Assembly (NCBI GenBank): GCA_943787745.1
Contig: CALSNJ010000002.1
Coordinates: forward strand, 454,904-518,903
Origin: an uncultured Alphaproteobacteria bacterium
Lineage (GTDB): Bacteria; Pseudomonadota; Alphaproteobacteria; UBA6615
Direction: 5' to 3'
Length of the DNA: 64,000 nt
A model generated the notes under the pieces. It saw only the letters and a program-made list of their open reading frames with translations, had not been told where the DNA came from and did no database searches. The translations under genes were made by a program, and so were the position numbers. This document shows, in pieces, positions 10,604 through 20,526 of the stretch. Position 1 is the first letter of the stretch; every line of letters starts with the position of its first letter.

Positions 10604-11005
10604 ATGGCAGATCAATCGGCGTTTCGGCTGCTTCACACGATGTTCCGTGTGAAGGACCAGGACAAATCCATCGACTTCTATACCCGCCTGTTGGGCATGA
10701 AGGTGCTGCGTCAAAAGGAGTTTGAAGGCGGTCGTTTCACCAATACCTTCATCGGGTACGGAGATGAGACCAAGGAAACGGTCCTTGAGCTGACCTACAA
10801 TTGGGATCAGGCCGAACCCTATAGCCATGGCTCCGGCTTTGGGCACATCGCGTTGGGTGTGCCGGATATTTATGCGACCTGCAGCCAGCTGGAAGCCGAG
10901 GGTGTCACGATTTCACGTGCGCCGGGACCAATGAAGCACGGCACCACGGTGATCGCGTTCATTGAAGACCCCGACGGGTACAAGATCGAATTGATTGAAG
11001 GTTAG
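10604..11005 (+). CDS. gloA: lactoylglutathione lyase (glyoxalase I)
   Basis: MADQSAFRLLHTMFRVKD... with GFGHIALGV VOC motif; ATG at 10604 chosen over the upstream in-frame extension to 10454 that would overlap lpxB. Confidence 0.85.
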   Translation: MADQSAFRLLHTMFRVKDQDKSIDFYTRLLGMKVLRQKEFEGGRFTNTFIGYGDETKETVLELTYNWDQAEPYSHGSGFGHIALGVPDIYATCSQLEAEGVTISRAPGPMKHGTTVIAFIEDPDGYKIELIEG

Positions 11006-11009
11006 TCTG

Positions 11010-11495
11010 ATGAGTAAAGATACCCGCACAGGCAAAGATATGGTGGTCGACCCGGCTGAACTCCCGGTTGAGTCCGGAACGCCTTACCCGGCACCCCATG
11101 ATGCAATCGTACAGGGGCGGCACAGGTCGCGGTTGTCGCCGGTGCTCGGGCTGACAAAGTTCGGGGTGAATGTCCTTCGGATCGAACCGGGTGCCCAGTC
11201 TTCAGCGCGCCATTGGCACTCCGAACAGGACGAATTCGTCTATGTGCTCGAGGGCGAGGCCACGTTGGTGACGGATGAGGGCGATACCATCGTGAAGGCC
11301 GGTATGGCTGCGGGTTTCCCGGCGGGCAATCCGAATGGGCACACGCTGGTCAATCGTTCGAACTCAGATGTGCTGGTGCTTGAAGTTGGCGATCGCCCCG
11401 TGTCCGAAGATGTCGAGTATCCCGATATCGACATGGCCAATGCGGTGCGGGACGGAAAACCGAACTTTACCCGCAAGGACGGCTCTGCCTTCTAG
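11010..11495 (+). CDS. cupin domain-containing protein
   Basis: ~160 aa with cupin-like beta-barrel motifs (HWHSEQDEFVYVLEG ... GNPNGH); ATG at 11010 immediately after the gloA stop. Confidence 0.65.
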   Translation: MSKDTRTGKDMVVDPAELPVESGTPYPAPHDAIVQGRHRSRLSPVLGLTKFGVNVLRIEPGAQSSARHWHSEQDEFVYVLEGEATLVTDEGDTIVKAGMAAGFPAGNPNGHTLVNRSNSDVLVLEVGDRPVSEDVEYPDIDMANAVRDGKPNFTRKDGSAF

Positions 11496-11704
11496 GTATC
11501 CAGCGCTTGGCTAGCCGAGAAGGGCCAGTCCACCAATCAGAACAAGCAGGCACAGCAGCGCGGCCAGCCAGCGTCGCCGAAAGGCTTGCGGCTGCTCGTC
11601 TGCGGGCTGTTGCCCGGTGTCAGGGCCCCAGCGTTCCTCAATGGAGGCAAGCCCGGGTCGGACGGGGATGCTGACGGCGCGTCGCGCGCGTCGGTCAATG
11701 GGGG

Positions 11705-13006
11705 TTACCGCTTGTCCGGTGAAACGTAATTCCGTTCGGTGGACCCGAGATAAAGCTGACGGGGACGACCAATACGCTGATCCGGATCCTCGATCATCTC
11801 TTTCCACTGTGCAATCCAGCCTGCTGTACGCGCCAGTGCGAAAAGCACCGTGAACATGCTGGTCGGGAAGCCGATCGCCTTCAGGATGATGCCGGAATAG
11901 AAATCGACATTCGGGAAGAGCTTGCGATCAACGAAATAAGGATCTTCGAGCGCGATTTTTTCCAGTTCCATGGCGAGTTCGAGCAGGGGATCATCATCCA
12001 CACCAAGCTCTTCGAGAACCGCATCGGCAGATTTTTTCAGAACGCCAGCGCGCGGATCGTAGTTCTTGTAGACCCGGTGACCGAAGCCCATCAGACGGAA
12101 CGGGTCGTCCTTGTCCTTGGCGCGTTCCAGGAACTCAGGGATATTGTCCTTGTGGCCGATCTGGTCGAGCATTTCGAGCACGGCCTGGTTTGCGCCGCCA
12201 TGGGCGGGGCCCCAGAGAGTGGCGATACCCGCAGCGATGCAGGCAAACGGGTTGGCACCCGATGAACCGGCGAGACGAACAGTCGAGGTTGACGCGTTCT
12301 GCTCATGATCGGCATGAAGAATGAAAATCTTGTCCATCGCATCCACAATGGCGGGGCTGGGAACATATTCCTCAGCCGGGACACCGAAGGTCATCCGGAG
12401 GAAGTTCTCGGAATAGCTCAGGTCATTGCGTGGATAGAGGAATGGCTGACCAACCGAATACTTGTAGGCCCAGGCTGCGATGGTCGGCATCTTGGCGATC
12501 AGGCGGTGCGATGCAATCAGGCGCTGCTGCGGATCATTGATGTCGGTGGAGTCGTGATAGAAGGCGGACATGGCGCCAACCACGCCGATCATCACGGCCA
12601 TCGGATGCGCATCCCGACGGAAACCGCTGTACAGATTGCGCATCTGCTCATGGATCATCGAGTGATAGGTGATGGTGTGTTCGAAATCCTGCAATGTTGC
12701 GGCGTCTGGCAGCTCGCGATGCAGAAGCAGATAGCAGACTTCCAGAAAGCTGCTCTCACCGGCCAGCTGTTCGATGGTGTAACCACCATGGCGCAGTATG
12801 CCGACTTCGCCGTCGATATATGTCAGCGCCGAGTCACAGCTCGCTGTGGAGGTATAGGAGGGGTCATAAGTGAACATGCCCGTCTGGGAATACAGCTTCC
12901 GCACGTCAATGACCTTGGGGCCTTCTGTGCCTTCAAGGATCGGAAGTTCAACTGTTTGTCCGTCTACGGTGAGGGTAGCTGTTCCAGCGGTTTTTGCGTC
13001 ACTCAT
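11705..13006 (-). CDS. gltA: citrate synthase
   Basis: [14 protein letters not shown] signature, ~433 aa; ATG at 13006 preferred over the TTG at 13021. Confidence 0.93.
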   Translation of the reverse strand: MSDAKTAGTATLTVDGQTVELPILEGTEGPKVIDVRKLYSQTGMFTYDPSYTSTASCDSALTYIDGEVGILRHGGYTIEQLAGESSFLEVCYLLLHRELPDAATLQDFEHTITYHSMIHEQMRNLYSGFRRDAHPMAVMIGVVGAMSAFYHDSTDINDPQQRLIASHRLIAKMPTIAAWAYKYSVGQPFLYPRNDLSYSENFLRMTFGVPAEEYVPSPAIVDAMDKIFILHADHEQNASTSTVRLAGSSGANPFACIAAGIATLWGPAHGGANQAVLEMLDQIGHKDNIPEFLERAKDKDDPFRLMGFGHRVYKNYDPRAGVLKKSADAVLEELGVDDDPLLELAMELEKIALEDPYFVDRKLFPNVDFYSGIILKAIGFPTSMFTVLFALARTAGWIAQWKEMIEDPDQRIGRPRQLYLGSTERNYVSPDKR

Positions 13007-13143
13007 GTATATCTTCCCCAAATCGTTCGCTTTATCACACCGAAAGGTGCCACCTTGCGAGCCAGTGTTATGTTGCAGCGCACTATAATGGGCAAGAGGC
13101 CGTTCGGCAACTTAACCCAGTGCGTTTCCAGAGCGGACAGGCT

Positions 13144-14547
13144 CTAGGATGAGGCCAATTCAAGGCGTTTGAGCGTTTCATCATGCCCAAGCACCACCAT
13201 GACTTCGAATATCCCTGGTGAAACGTTGCTGCCGGTCAAAGCGGCCCGCAATGGCTGTGCGACCTGACCGAGCTTAAGTTCGTTTCGGTCCGCATATTCA
13301 CGGACGGCGGTATCGAGTTGGCTCTCATCCCATAATGTAATCGTACCGAGAATTTGAGCAAGCTCAGAGAGGTGATTTCGTGTTTCGGGCTCGGCCAGCA
13401 TGCTACGCGCCTTGTCGTTAAAGGGCAAAGGTGCGTCAAACAGGTAAAGAGAAGCTGAATCAACGACTTCGTTAACAGTCTTTGCGCGTTGTACAAGGCC
13501 GGAAAGACCCGCAATCAGACGTGTTTGTGCGTGTGTGGAAAGGCTCTTGTCCGATGTTTCATCGGCCAATGCCATGATAATCCCGCTCAATTGTGCTGGA
13601 TCAGCTTCCTTGAGGTAGTGCGCATTCAGGTTCAGGAGCCGGTCCATATCGAACCGGGCCGGTGACCGCCCGACGGAACCGAGGTCGAACCATTCGATAG
13701 CCTGTTCGGTTGAGATGATCTCATCGTCACCATGGGACCAGCCGAGGCGGAGCAGATAGTTCCGCATGGTTTCCGGCAGAATGCCCAGATCCGCATAGTG
13801 ATCGACACCCAACGCACCATGCCGCTTAGACATTTTCGCGCCATCTGCACCATGAATCAGTGGGATATGCGCAAATTCCGGGATATCCCATCCACACGCC
13901 TGATACAGGTGATACTGGCGAAATGCGTTGTTGAGATGATCATCGCCCCGAATGACGTGGGTTGCGCCCATGTCATGGTCATCCACCACCACGGCAAGCA
14001 TGTAGGTCGGGGTGCCGTCCGAGCGCAAAATGACGAAGTCATCAAGTGTGTCATTGGTGCGGGTCACATCGCCCTGAACCAGGTCCGAGATCGTGGTCTC
14101 GCCATCCAATGGCATCTTGATACGAAGGACCGGCTCTATACCCGCCGGAGCCTCGGATGGGTCCCGGTCACGCCAGCGATTGTCATAGACCCGCGTGGAA
14201 CCGCCTTCCTTGGCCTTTTCGCGCATTTCGGCGAGCTCTTCGGGGCTGCAATAGCAGTGATAGGCCTTGCCTTCGGCCAGCAGCTGCGCGGCAACTTCAG
14301 CATGACGCCCGGCATTCTGTGACTGGAAGACGACATCCCCGTCATGCTCGAGCCCCAGCCAGGACAGACCTTCGAAAATTTTGTCGATCGCATCCTGGGT
14401 GGAGCGCTTCTTGTCGGTGTCCTCAACGCGCAGCACATACTTGCCGCCGTGATGTCGGGCAAACAGCCAGTTGAACAACGCGGTGCGCGCGCCGCCGATA
14501 TGAAGGTATCCGGTTGGGGACGGGGCAAAACGGGTTACGACGGTCAT
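13144..14547 (-). CDS. gltX: glutamate--tRNA ligase
   Basis: N-terminal FAPSPTGYLHIGGARTALFNW (HIGH) and KMSKR motif (GAKMSKRHG). Confidence 0.93.
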   Translation of the reverse strand: MTVVTRFAPSPTGYLHIGGARTALFNWLFARHHGGKYVLRVEDTDKKRSTQDAIDKIFEGLSWLGLEHDGDVVFQSQNAGRHAEVAAQLLAEGKAYHCYCSPEELAEMREKAKEGGSTRVYDNRWRDRDPSEAPAGIEPVLRIKMPLDGETTISDLVQGDVTRTNDTLDDFVILRSDGTPTYMLAVVVDDHDMGATHVIRGDDHLNNAFRQYHLYQACGWDIPEFAHIPLIHGADGAKMSKRHGALGVDHYADLGILPETMRNYLLRLGWSHGDDEIISTEQAIEWFDLGSVGRSPARFDMDRLLNLNAHYLKEADPAQLSGIIMALADETSDKSLSTHAQTRLIAGLSGLVQRAKTVNEVVDSASLYLFDAPLPFNDKARSMLAEPETRNHLSELAQILGTITLWDESQLDTAVREYADRNELKLGQVAQPLRAALTGSNVSPGIFEVMVVLGHDETLKRLELASS

Positions 14548-14603
14548 GGATATGTAATTCCGGTTGGAAAGCCTGAAAATCTGCGTTTCGTATGGACGTT
14601 GGC

Positions 14604-14628
14604 GACGTTCTTTTCAATCAAGAACGTC
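14604..14628. promoter_or_regulatory. 9-bp perfect inverted repeat (GACGTTCTT-N7-AAGAACGTC) preceded by a GACGTT direct repeat in the gltX/comEC divergent intergenic region
   Basis: Read directly from the sequence; candidate operator or leader hairpin. Confidence 0.3.
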
Positions 14629-14683
14629 TCAGGTCTGGTATTGACGGCACGTCAAAGGTGTCGGACCCTCTGTTTTAACAACC

Positions 14684-16801
14684 ATGGCAATCACTTTCAC
14701 CAGACGTGAGACCCGTTCACCTCCGGTTCCGTGGCTCCGTCAGCAGATTCTGGCCGAGCGCGAACGCTGGATATTGTGGTTGCCGGTTGCATTGGCCCTT
14801 GGCATAGGGATTTATTTTGGTCTGCCATACGAGCCTTGGCTCCTTTTCGGTTGGGCATCGCTCGCCAGTTCCCTGATCTTGCTCATCGTGCTCCGCAATC
14901 AATGGGTTGCCCGTATCGGATTGCTGGGGTTATTCGCCATATCGCTTGGTTTCATCGTCGCGCAATGGCGAACCCACGATGTCGCGGAAAACGTTCTGAA
15001 CCGTGCGCTGTCATTTACAACGGTCGAGGGACTAGTGATGTCGGCCGAACCGGCGGTCCATGGTGCGCGCGTCATATTGAAGGTTTCGAGCATCGACCCC
15101 CTCGAGCCCGATGAGATGCCCGGTCGGGTTCGGATAAGGCTGCATGCGTCGGATAGCACGGTGCGACCTGGAGATGTGGTCCGGGTCCGCGCACGCTTGG
15201 CACCGCCGCCCTCGGCCTCATATCCGGGCGGATATGATTTCTCGCGCTCTGCCTGGTTTTCCCGGCTGGGCGCTGTCGGGTTTGCGTTCGGACCCGTCGA
15301 GCATCTGGAACGGGCCGGAAATGACGGGATTTTGGCATGGCTTCAACGCCATATCGAAGATTTGCGCACGCGGATTGCCCATCGGATTTCTGACGGCATC
15401 GGGGGGCCTGCAGGCGGCGTTGCAGCGGCGCTCGCGACGGGGCTGCGCGGGGAAATACCTGAAGAGGTTCGCCAGCACATGCGCGATGCCGGTCTGGCGC
15501 ATTTGTTGGCCATCTCGGGGCTGCATATTGGTTTGGTTGCGGGGTTTGTTTTCACATTCGTGCGGGGTGGACTGGCCATCTTGCCCGGCTTGGCGTTGCG
15601 CTGGCCGCTGAAGAAGATCGCAGCAATCACAGCCCTGGTGGCAGCGGCGGTCTATATGTTGCTGGCTGGCGCGACCGTGCCCACCCAGCGCGCCTTCATC
15701 ATGACCGCAATTGTACTGCTGGCGATGCTGCTCAACCGAACGGGTATATCCCTGCGCCTGATCGCCGTGGCGGCCAGCCTTGTCCTGCTGCTGCGCCCTG
15801 AAGCGTTGTTGAGCGTGAGCTTTCAGATGTCCTTTGCGGCTGCGATTGCTCTGGTGGCGGCTTATGAGGTCTTTGCGGGGCGTCTTCGTGTTGCCAGCGG
15901 CGAAAGCTCAATCGGGCGGAGGATTGTTCTGTATTTCGTGGCCGTCGCGTTCACCACGATCATCGCCAGTCTTGCGACGTCACCCTTCGCGGTTTTCCAT
16001 TTCAATCGTCTGGCCGTGTTGGGATTGGTTGCCAATCTGGTGGCTGTCCCGATTGCCGCGCTTTGGGTGATGCCGCTCGAGGTGCTGGCGCTTTTGCTGA
16101 TGCCTCTGGGTCTTGACGGTTTTGTCCTGCCGCTCTTGGGCTGGGGTGTGGAGGCGATCCTTGCGGTTGCCGCGCATGTGTCGTCCTGGCCGCTGGCTGC
16201 GATCACTGTTCCGGGTCCAAACCCGTTTGGGCTGATCGTGCTGACCCTTGGCGGTCTGTGGCTGACGCTTTGGAAGGGACGCTGGCGTATCTGGGGTATC
16301 GTGCCCATCCTCGCAGGTCTCGCAACATCTGGTCAGGCAACACCGCCGGACATCCTGATCTCTGACAACGCGCGTCTGATCGGGTTCCGTAGTTCAGATA
16401 ATGTCCTGCATCTTTCCAGCACACAATCTCAGTCGTTCGTGCGCGATATCTGGATCCGACGGCTGGGTTCGAACGAGGAGGCTGCGTTTCCGCAACCGGG
16501 TGAGGGAAGCACAGTCCTTCGTTGCGATGAGCAGGGCTGTATCGGGCAGCTCGATGGGCACCGGATCGCCTTTGTCAGCGATCCCTTGGCGTTTGAGGAA
16601 GATTGTTTGTCGGCAGACATCGTGATTGCCGACGTCCCCGTGCCACGGTCCTGCAGTCAACCTGAGATCGTGATCGACTGGTTCGACTTGTGGCGCAGCG
16701 GCGCCCACGCGATTTGGCTGAAAGGAAACGGTCAAAGCCGCGTCTGGCATGCCCGCTCCGAAAACCCCGCGCGTCCTTGGATGCGTCCCGCGACGCGTTA
16801 G
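14684..16801 (+). CDS. comEC: ComEC/Rec2 family competence (DNA internalisation) protein
   Basis: 705 aa polytopic membrane protein with competence-domain region (LAHLLAISGLHIG) and C-terminal metallo-beta-lactamase-like part; conserved neighbour of lexA in alphaproteobacteria. Confidence 0.75.
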   Translation: MAITFTRRETRSPPVPWLRQQILAERERWILWLPVALALGIGIYFGLPYEPWLLFGWASLASSLILLIVLRNQWVARIGLLGLFAISLGFIVAQWRTHDVAENVLNRALSFTTVEGLVMSAEPAVHGARVILKVSSIDPLEPDEMPGRVRIRLHASDSTVRPGDVVRVRARLAPPPSASYPGGYDFSRSAWFSRLGAVGFAFGPVEHLERAGNDGILAWLQRHIEDLRTRIAHRISDGIGGPAGGVAAALATGLRGEIPEEVRQHMRDAGLAHLLAISGLHIGLVAGFVFTFVRGGLAILPGLALRWPLKKIAAITALVAAAVYMLLAGATVPTQRAFIMTAIVLLAMLLNRTGISLRLIAVAASLVLLLRPEALLSVSFQMSFAAAIALVAAYEVFAGRLRVASGESSIGRRIVLYFVAVAFTTIIASLATSPFAVFHFNRLAVLGLVANLVAVPIAALWVMPLEVLALLLMPLGLDGFVLPLLGWGVEAILAVAAHVSSWPLAAITVPGPNPFGLIVLTLGGLWLTLWKGRWRIWGIVPILAGLATSGQATPPDILISDNARLIGFRSSDNVLHLSSTQSQSFVRDIWIRRLGSNEEAAFPQPGEGSTVLRCDEQGCIGQLDGHRIAFVSDPLAFEEDCLSADIVIADVPVPRSCSQPEIVIDWFDLWRSGAHAIWLKGNGQSRVWHARSENPARPWMRPATR

Positions 16802-16833
16802 GGCTGGGATTGAAACCCAATAACCCAATCAGC

Positions 16834-16923
16834 CCGTCATACCCGGACTTGATCCGGGTATCCACGTCCAGAGGTCACGTGACACATTCACGTGGATGGC
16901 CGGATCAAGTCCGGCCATGACGG
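16834..16923. repeat. ~90-bp imperfect palindrome; core 15-bp perfect inverted repeat CCGGACTTGATCCGG / CCGGATCAAGTCCGG plus nested CCACGT/ACGTGG and central GTCACGTGAC
   Basis: Read directly; lies between convergent comEC and lexA. Confidence 0.6.
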
Positions 16924-17049
16924 TGTAGAGGTAATGCGTCATCGCGAGCCCCGGAGGGGCGCGGTGATCCAGTGCCTGACAGGATTGCTTCGTTTGCTAC
17001 GCGCCTCGCAATGACGGCTGGCTGCGGAAGGGTAAAGGGAAACGACCCT

Positions 17050-17787
17050 CTAATATTGACGCAGAAGTCCGACGAGTTCGCCCTGCACCGCAACCTGATC
17101 CGGTCCGAAGATGCGGGTCTCGTAGGCCGGGTTCTCAGCTTCCAGTGCGACGGAATTGTTCCGCTTGCGCAGGCGCTTGAGGGTGACTTCGTGTCCTTCG
17201 ACCAGTGCCACGACAATCGAGCCGTTCTCGGCGTTGTCGGTGCGCTTGATGACGACCGTGTCGCCGTCGAGGATCCCGGCATTGATCATGGAATCGCCTT
17301 CGACTTCAAGGCAGTAGAAGTTCTCTCCCCGGCCGAGCATGGACGGCGGCACCGCGATATGGCGGGTCGGATCACTCAGAGCCTCAATCGGCGTACCAGC
17401 GGCAATCTTGCCAAGGAATGGCACATCGACATCACCGGAGCTTGAGGCCGGTGATGTCATCTCGGATGGCGCGATGATGGGCGAGACATTGGTGTCGCGG
17501 CCACCCTCAATCACGTGGGGGTCGAAGCGGTCAGGTTTTTCAGCTGCGGCGGGCGTGGCGCCAACACCGGTGTCTTCCGGCAGACGTAGAACTTCCAGCG
17601 CACGGGCCCGGTGGGCGAGGCGGCGGATGAACCCGCGTTCCTCGAGGCCCGAGATCAAACGGTGAATACCCGACTTGGATTTGAGGCCGAGCGCCTCCTT
17701 CATTTCATCAAAGGACGGCGCGACGCCGGTCGCGTTCAGGCGTTCATTGATGAAAATCAGTAGCTGGTGCTGTTTCCGCGTCAACAT
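17050..17787 (-). CDS. lexA: LexA repressor
   Basis: N-terminal wHTH ([17 protein letters not shown]), C-terminal S24 peptidase with GDSM (Ser) and KRL (Lys) catalytic dyad. Confidence 0.93.
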   Translation of the reverse strand: MLTRKQHQLLIFINERLNATGVAPSFDEMKEALGLKSKSGIHRLISGLEERGFIRRLAHRARALEVLRLPEDTGVGATPAAAEKPDRFDPHVIEGGRDTNVSPIIAPSEMTSPASSSGDVDVPFLGKIAAGTPIEALSDPTRHIAVPPSMLGRGENFYCLEVEGDSMINAGILDGDTVVIKRTDNAENGSIVVALVEGHEVTLKRLRKRNNSVALEAENPAYETRIFGPDQVAVQGELVGLLRQY

Positions 17788-17881
17788 GCGACGAAAATCC
17801 CCCGTAGGTGTTCAATTCCGGGCCTATTCCGTCCTGCATTAGTACCGCAAGATATAGAACAAACCACAAACATTTATCGAT

Positions 17882-17896
17882 GTTCTAGAGATGTTC
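17882..17896. promoter_or_regulatory. alphaproteobacterial SOS box GTTC-N7-GTTC (GTTCTAGAGATGTTC), ~95 bp upstream of the lexA start
   Basis: Exact match to the direct-repeat LexA operator consensus of Alphaproteobacteria; a degenerate second copy GAACAAACCACAAAC lies nearby at 17858-17872. Confidence 0.7.
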
Positions 17897-18325
17897 TTTT
17901 GAATCGTCAACTGAAGTTCCCGAGTTGAGGTTATCGCTGTCTCTGCCTTGGTGCTTTGCGAGTTCTCGGATTAGCAAGACGCTATAAAGCGGCCCCAACA
18001 CGGGCCAACAGGAAAGCCGCAAGATAACGCCTATTTTGTCGCTGAATGTAATGTCCTGAGCGACGATTTCTGCGCGCGCGATAGGGACTATTTTTGGCGT
18101 TGCAAAGAAGAACGCTCCGGCAATGAAGAACATGGAGATTAGAACGCCATATTGACCGAAGTTCAGAAAACCGATTCCTGCAGCGAGTAAGGCGGTTTGT
18201 ATTATGAAGGGAAGCGCACCTTGTTGCCCGGGTCGCCCCCAAATTCTGAAAAGCGACCGCCAGATAAAGGTGTTCAGAATACTCATCGGCAGGAAAATTA
18301 AGCCGAGAATTACCGATGCGAACAA
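17885..18325 (-). CDS. hypothetical small membrane protein (3-4 predicted TM helices), low-GC
   Basis: 146-aa ORF with strongly hydrophobic segments, local GC ~48% versus ~58% elsewhere; fills the gap between moeA and lexA; its stop codon TAG lies inside the SOS box. Confidence 0.45.
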   Translation of the reverse strand: MFASVILGLIFLPMSILNTFIWRSLFRIWGRPGQQGALPFIIQTALLAAGIGFLNFGQYGVLISMFFIAGAFFFATPKIVPIARAEIVAQDITFSDKIGVILRLSCWPVLGPLYSVLLIRELAKHQGRDSDNLNSGTSVDDSKEHL

Positions 18326-18356
18326 ATGCTTTGTTCCTGAGAAAGTTGGTCCCGCA

Positions 18357-19580
18357 TCAAACCTTCAGATGGCTTCCATCCAACCGCACGATCTCAACCG
18401 CATCCCCGGCCTTGGCCGCAGGCGCGTGGGGTTCGCGGATCATCAGGCAGTCGGCCGCCGCCAGCCGCGAGAACATCGAACTGTCCTGCTTGGGGAAGGG
18501 GGTCGCGATGAGCTTGCCGTCTTCGTGGGACAAGGTTGCGCGGAGGTAATCCTCGCGGCGGTCGTTCTCGCCGAGGTCGGCGCCCAAAGTGGCGGTCTCT
18601 CGCGCCGGTTCGGTTTCATCCGTGCCGAGCATCTGCGCCAGTGCGGGTTTGAGAAACAGGATGCCACAGACCATTGAGGAGACCGGGTTACCCGGGAAGC
18701 CGAGCATCGGGACATCCCCGAGCTGACCGAACATCAGGGGTTTGCCCGGGCGCATGGCGATTTGCCAGAAGTCGAGTTCGAGGCCGAGTTCGGCGAGTGC
18801 CTCCTGCACCAAATCATGATCGCCCACCGAAGCCCCGCCGGTGGTCACCAGCATATCGGTACCGCGCGCTTGTGCGGCGAGGTCGCGGATGGCCGCGATA
18901 TCATCGACCGCAATTCCCAAGGTGATCGGCTCACCGCCGGCGGCCCGGATAAGGCCTTCGAGCGCAAAGGTGTTGGAGCTGACGATACTGGTCGGGCCCA
19001 GGTCTTCGCCGGGGAGCTTGATCTCGTCACCTGTGGCGAGCAGCGCGATGCGTGGTTTGCGCCGGACCTGCAGCCAGGGATGGTTCATGGCGGCGGCCAG
19101 TCCGATGTCGCGGGCGCTCAGGATCGTTCCGGCCTTGAGCAGAACCTCGCCCTCGGCGAAATCCAGCCCGGCCTTGCGGACATAGCGCCCGGCGGCAGAG
19201 CTTTCTTTCACGGTGACGGTATTGCCGTCGCGGTCGGTGTCTTCCTGAATGACAATGGCATCTGCGCCCGCGGGCAGGGCAGCTCCGGTAAAGATGCGCA
19301 CGGTTTGGCCTGCAGAGAGGCTGCCATCGAAGAACCCACCGGCAGGGACTTCACCGACAATAGTGAGATCAACGGGAACGGTTCCGACATCAGCAGCACG
19401 CACTGCGTATCCATCCATGGCGGACACAGCGAGCGGCGGCTGGGTGACGCGGGAGGCAATATCTTCGGCAAGCACACGGCCATGGGCTTCCGGCAGGGCG
19501 ACCTGCTCACTGCCCATCGTCGGAAGATTGGCGAGAATCCGTTGCCGTGCTTCGGCGACGGGCATGAGGGACTTGCTCAT
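18357..19580 (-). CDS. moeA: molybdopterin molybdenumtransferase MoeA
   Basis: 407 aa starting [16 protein letters not shown], MoeA N/C domains with TTGGASVGDHD; start ATGA-overlaps the upstream ORF's stop; upstream in-frame extension rejected. Confidence 0.88.
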   Translation of the reverse strand: MSKSLMPVAEARQRILANLPTMGSEQVALPEAHGRVLAEDIASRVTQPPLAVSAMDGYAVRAADVGTVPVDLTIVGEVPAGGFFDGSLSAGQTVRIFTGAALPAGADAIVIQEDTDRDGNTVTVKESSAAGRYVRKAGLDFAEGEVLLKAGTILSARDIGLAAAMNHPWLQVRRKPRIALLATGDEIKLPGEDLGPTSIVSSNTFALEGLIRAAGGEPITLGIAVDDIAAIRDLAAQARGTDMLVTTGGASVGDHDLVQEALAELGLELDFWQIAMRPGKPLMFGQLGDVPMLGFPGNPVSSMVCGILFLKPALAQMLGTDETEPARETATLGADLGENDRREDYLRATLSHEDGKLIATPFPKQDSSMFSRLAAADCLMIREPHAPAAKAGDAVEIVRLDGSHLKV

Positions 19581-20044
19581 TTGGACGTCCCATCGGTGGA
19601 TTGGCTTTGTGCGATCTGCGCGTGCGGACGGACGCCAATCATCCAGAAGATCAGTGTTGCCAGTGCCGCATAGCCGAAGGTGCCGACAGACAGCACCAGA
19701 TTTGCGGCCATTCCGCCATCGCTGATCCCAGCTCCCGAGCCATCCGTCCAAAGGGTGATGTCGATCACTTTCCAGCAAATCAGGATCAGCAAAAAAGGCC
19801 CCAGATATCTGGAATAGCCGAACTCGGCCCTTGAGATGCGTGCCCTTGCGAGCGGGACTCCCACAACCACGCTGACAGCGGCGATGATGATGAAAAAGTT
19901 TTTAAACCCGTTTGGGATGAAGGGAATGCCCGGCGCGAGATTGAGAAAACCCAAAACGGTCCGCGCCCATTCCACCAGTACAATCGCAGCCGGCGCAGCG
20001 AGGGCTGCGACGAGCAGCAGGATCAGGGCCGCGAGGTTACTCAT
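19577..20044 (-). CDS. hypothetical inner-membrane protein (4 TM), translationally coupled between moaC and moeA
   Basis: 155-aa ORF, hydrophobic helices, 4-nt overlaps at both ends with moaC and moeA. Confidence 0.6.
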   Translation of the reverse strand: MSNLAALILLLVAALAAPAAIVLVEWARTVLGFLNLAPGIPFIPNGFKNFFIIIAAVSVVVGVPLARARISRAEFGYSRYLGPFLLILICWKVIDITLWTDGSGAGISDGGMAANLVLSVGTFGYAALATLIFWMIGVRPHAQIAQSQSTDGTSK

Positions 20045-20526
20045 TTCGCGTCGTAGGTCCCGGATTTGCCGCCGTCTTTATGAAGCAGGCGGACATCGGT
20101 GATGCGGGTGCCACGATCAACCGCTTTCACCATGTCGTAGACGGTCAGCGCGGCGACGGTTGCCGCTGTGAGTGCTTCCATCTCCACGCCGGTCTTGCCA
20201 TCCACCCGGACAGTGGCTTCGATGTTCACGGCGTTGGCCGCGTCATCGACTGACAATTCCACATCGGCCTTGTTGATCAGCAGGGGGTGGCAGAGCGGGA
20301 TCAGCTCGGAGGTTTTCTTGGCGCCCATGATCCCGGCCAGACGGGCCACGGACAGCACATCGCCTTTTTTGACAGCACCCTCGCGGATCAGCGCAATCGT
20401 CTCGGGCTGCATAATGACTGTGCATCCTGCGGTTGCGGTCCGGCGGGTGACGTCCTTGTCGGACACGTCGACCATGCGGGCGTTTCCGTCCGCATCGATA
20501 TGGGTAAGCTTGTCGCCGTCACTCAT
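20041..20526 (-). CDS. moaC: cyclic pyranopterin monophosphate synthase MoaC
   Basis: 161 aa, typical MoaC length and sequence. Confidence 0.9.
   Translation of the reverse strand: MSDGDKLTHIDADGNARMVDVSDKDVTRRTATAGCTVIMQPETIALIREGAVKKGDVLSVARLAGIMGAKKTSELIPLCHPLLINKADVELSVDDAANAVNIEATVRVDGKTGVEMEALTAATVAALTVYDMVKAVDRGTRITDVRLLHKDGGKSGTYDAK

Noticed and set aside
11511-11807. 98-aa minus-strand ORF overlapping the gltA 3' end with a hydrophobic C-terminus
   Set aside because: The only Met is inside gltA. An independent small membrane protein would need a non-ATG start after 11705, and there is no RBS or homology support. Possible but unsupported.
17858-17876. Second possible LexA box GAACAAACCACAAAC upstream of lexA
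   Set aside because: The second half-site is AAAC rather than GAAC. It may be a degenerate secondary operator but is not a confident call.
18762-19673. 303-aa plus-strand ORF antisense to moeA
   Set aside because: Ala/Gly/Arg-rich shadow ORF typical of high-GC DNA; the opposite strand encodes a clearly recognisable MoeA.
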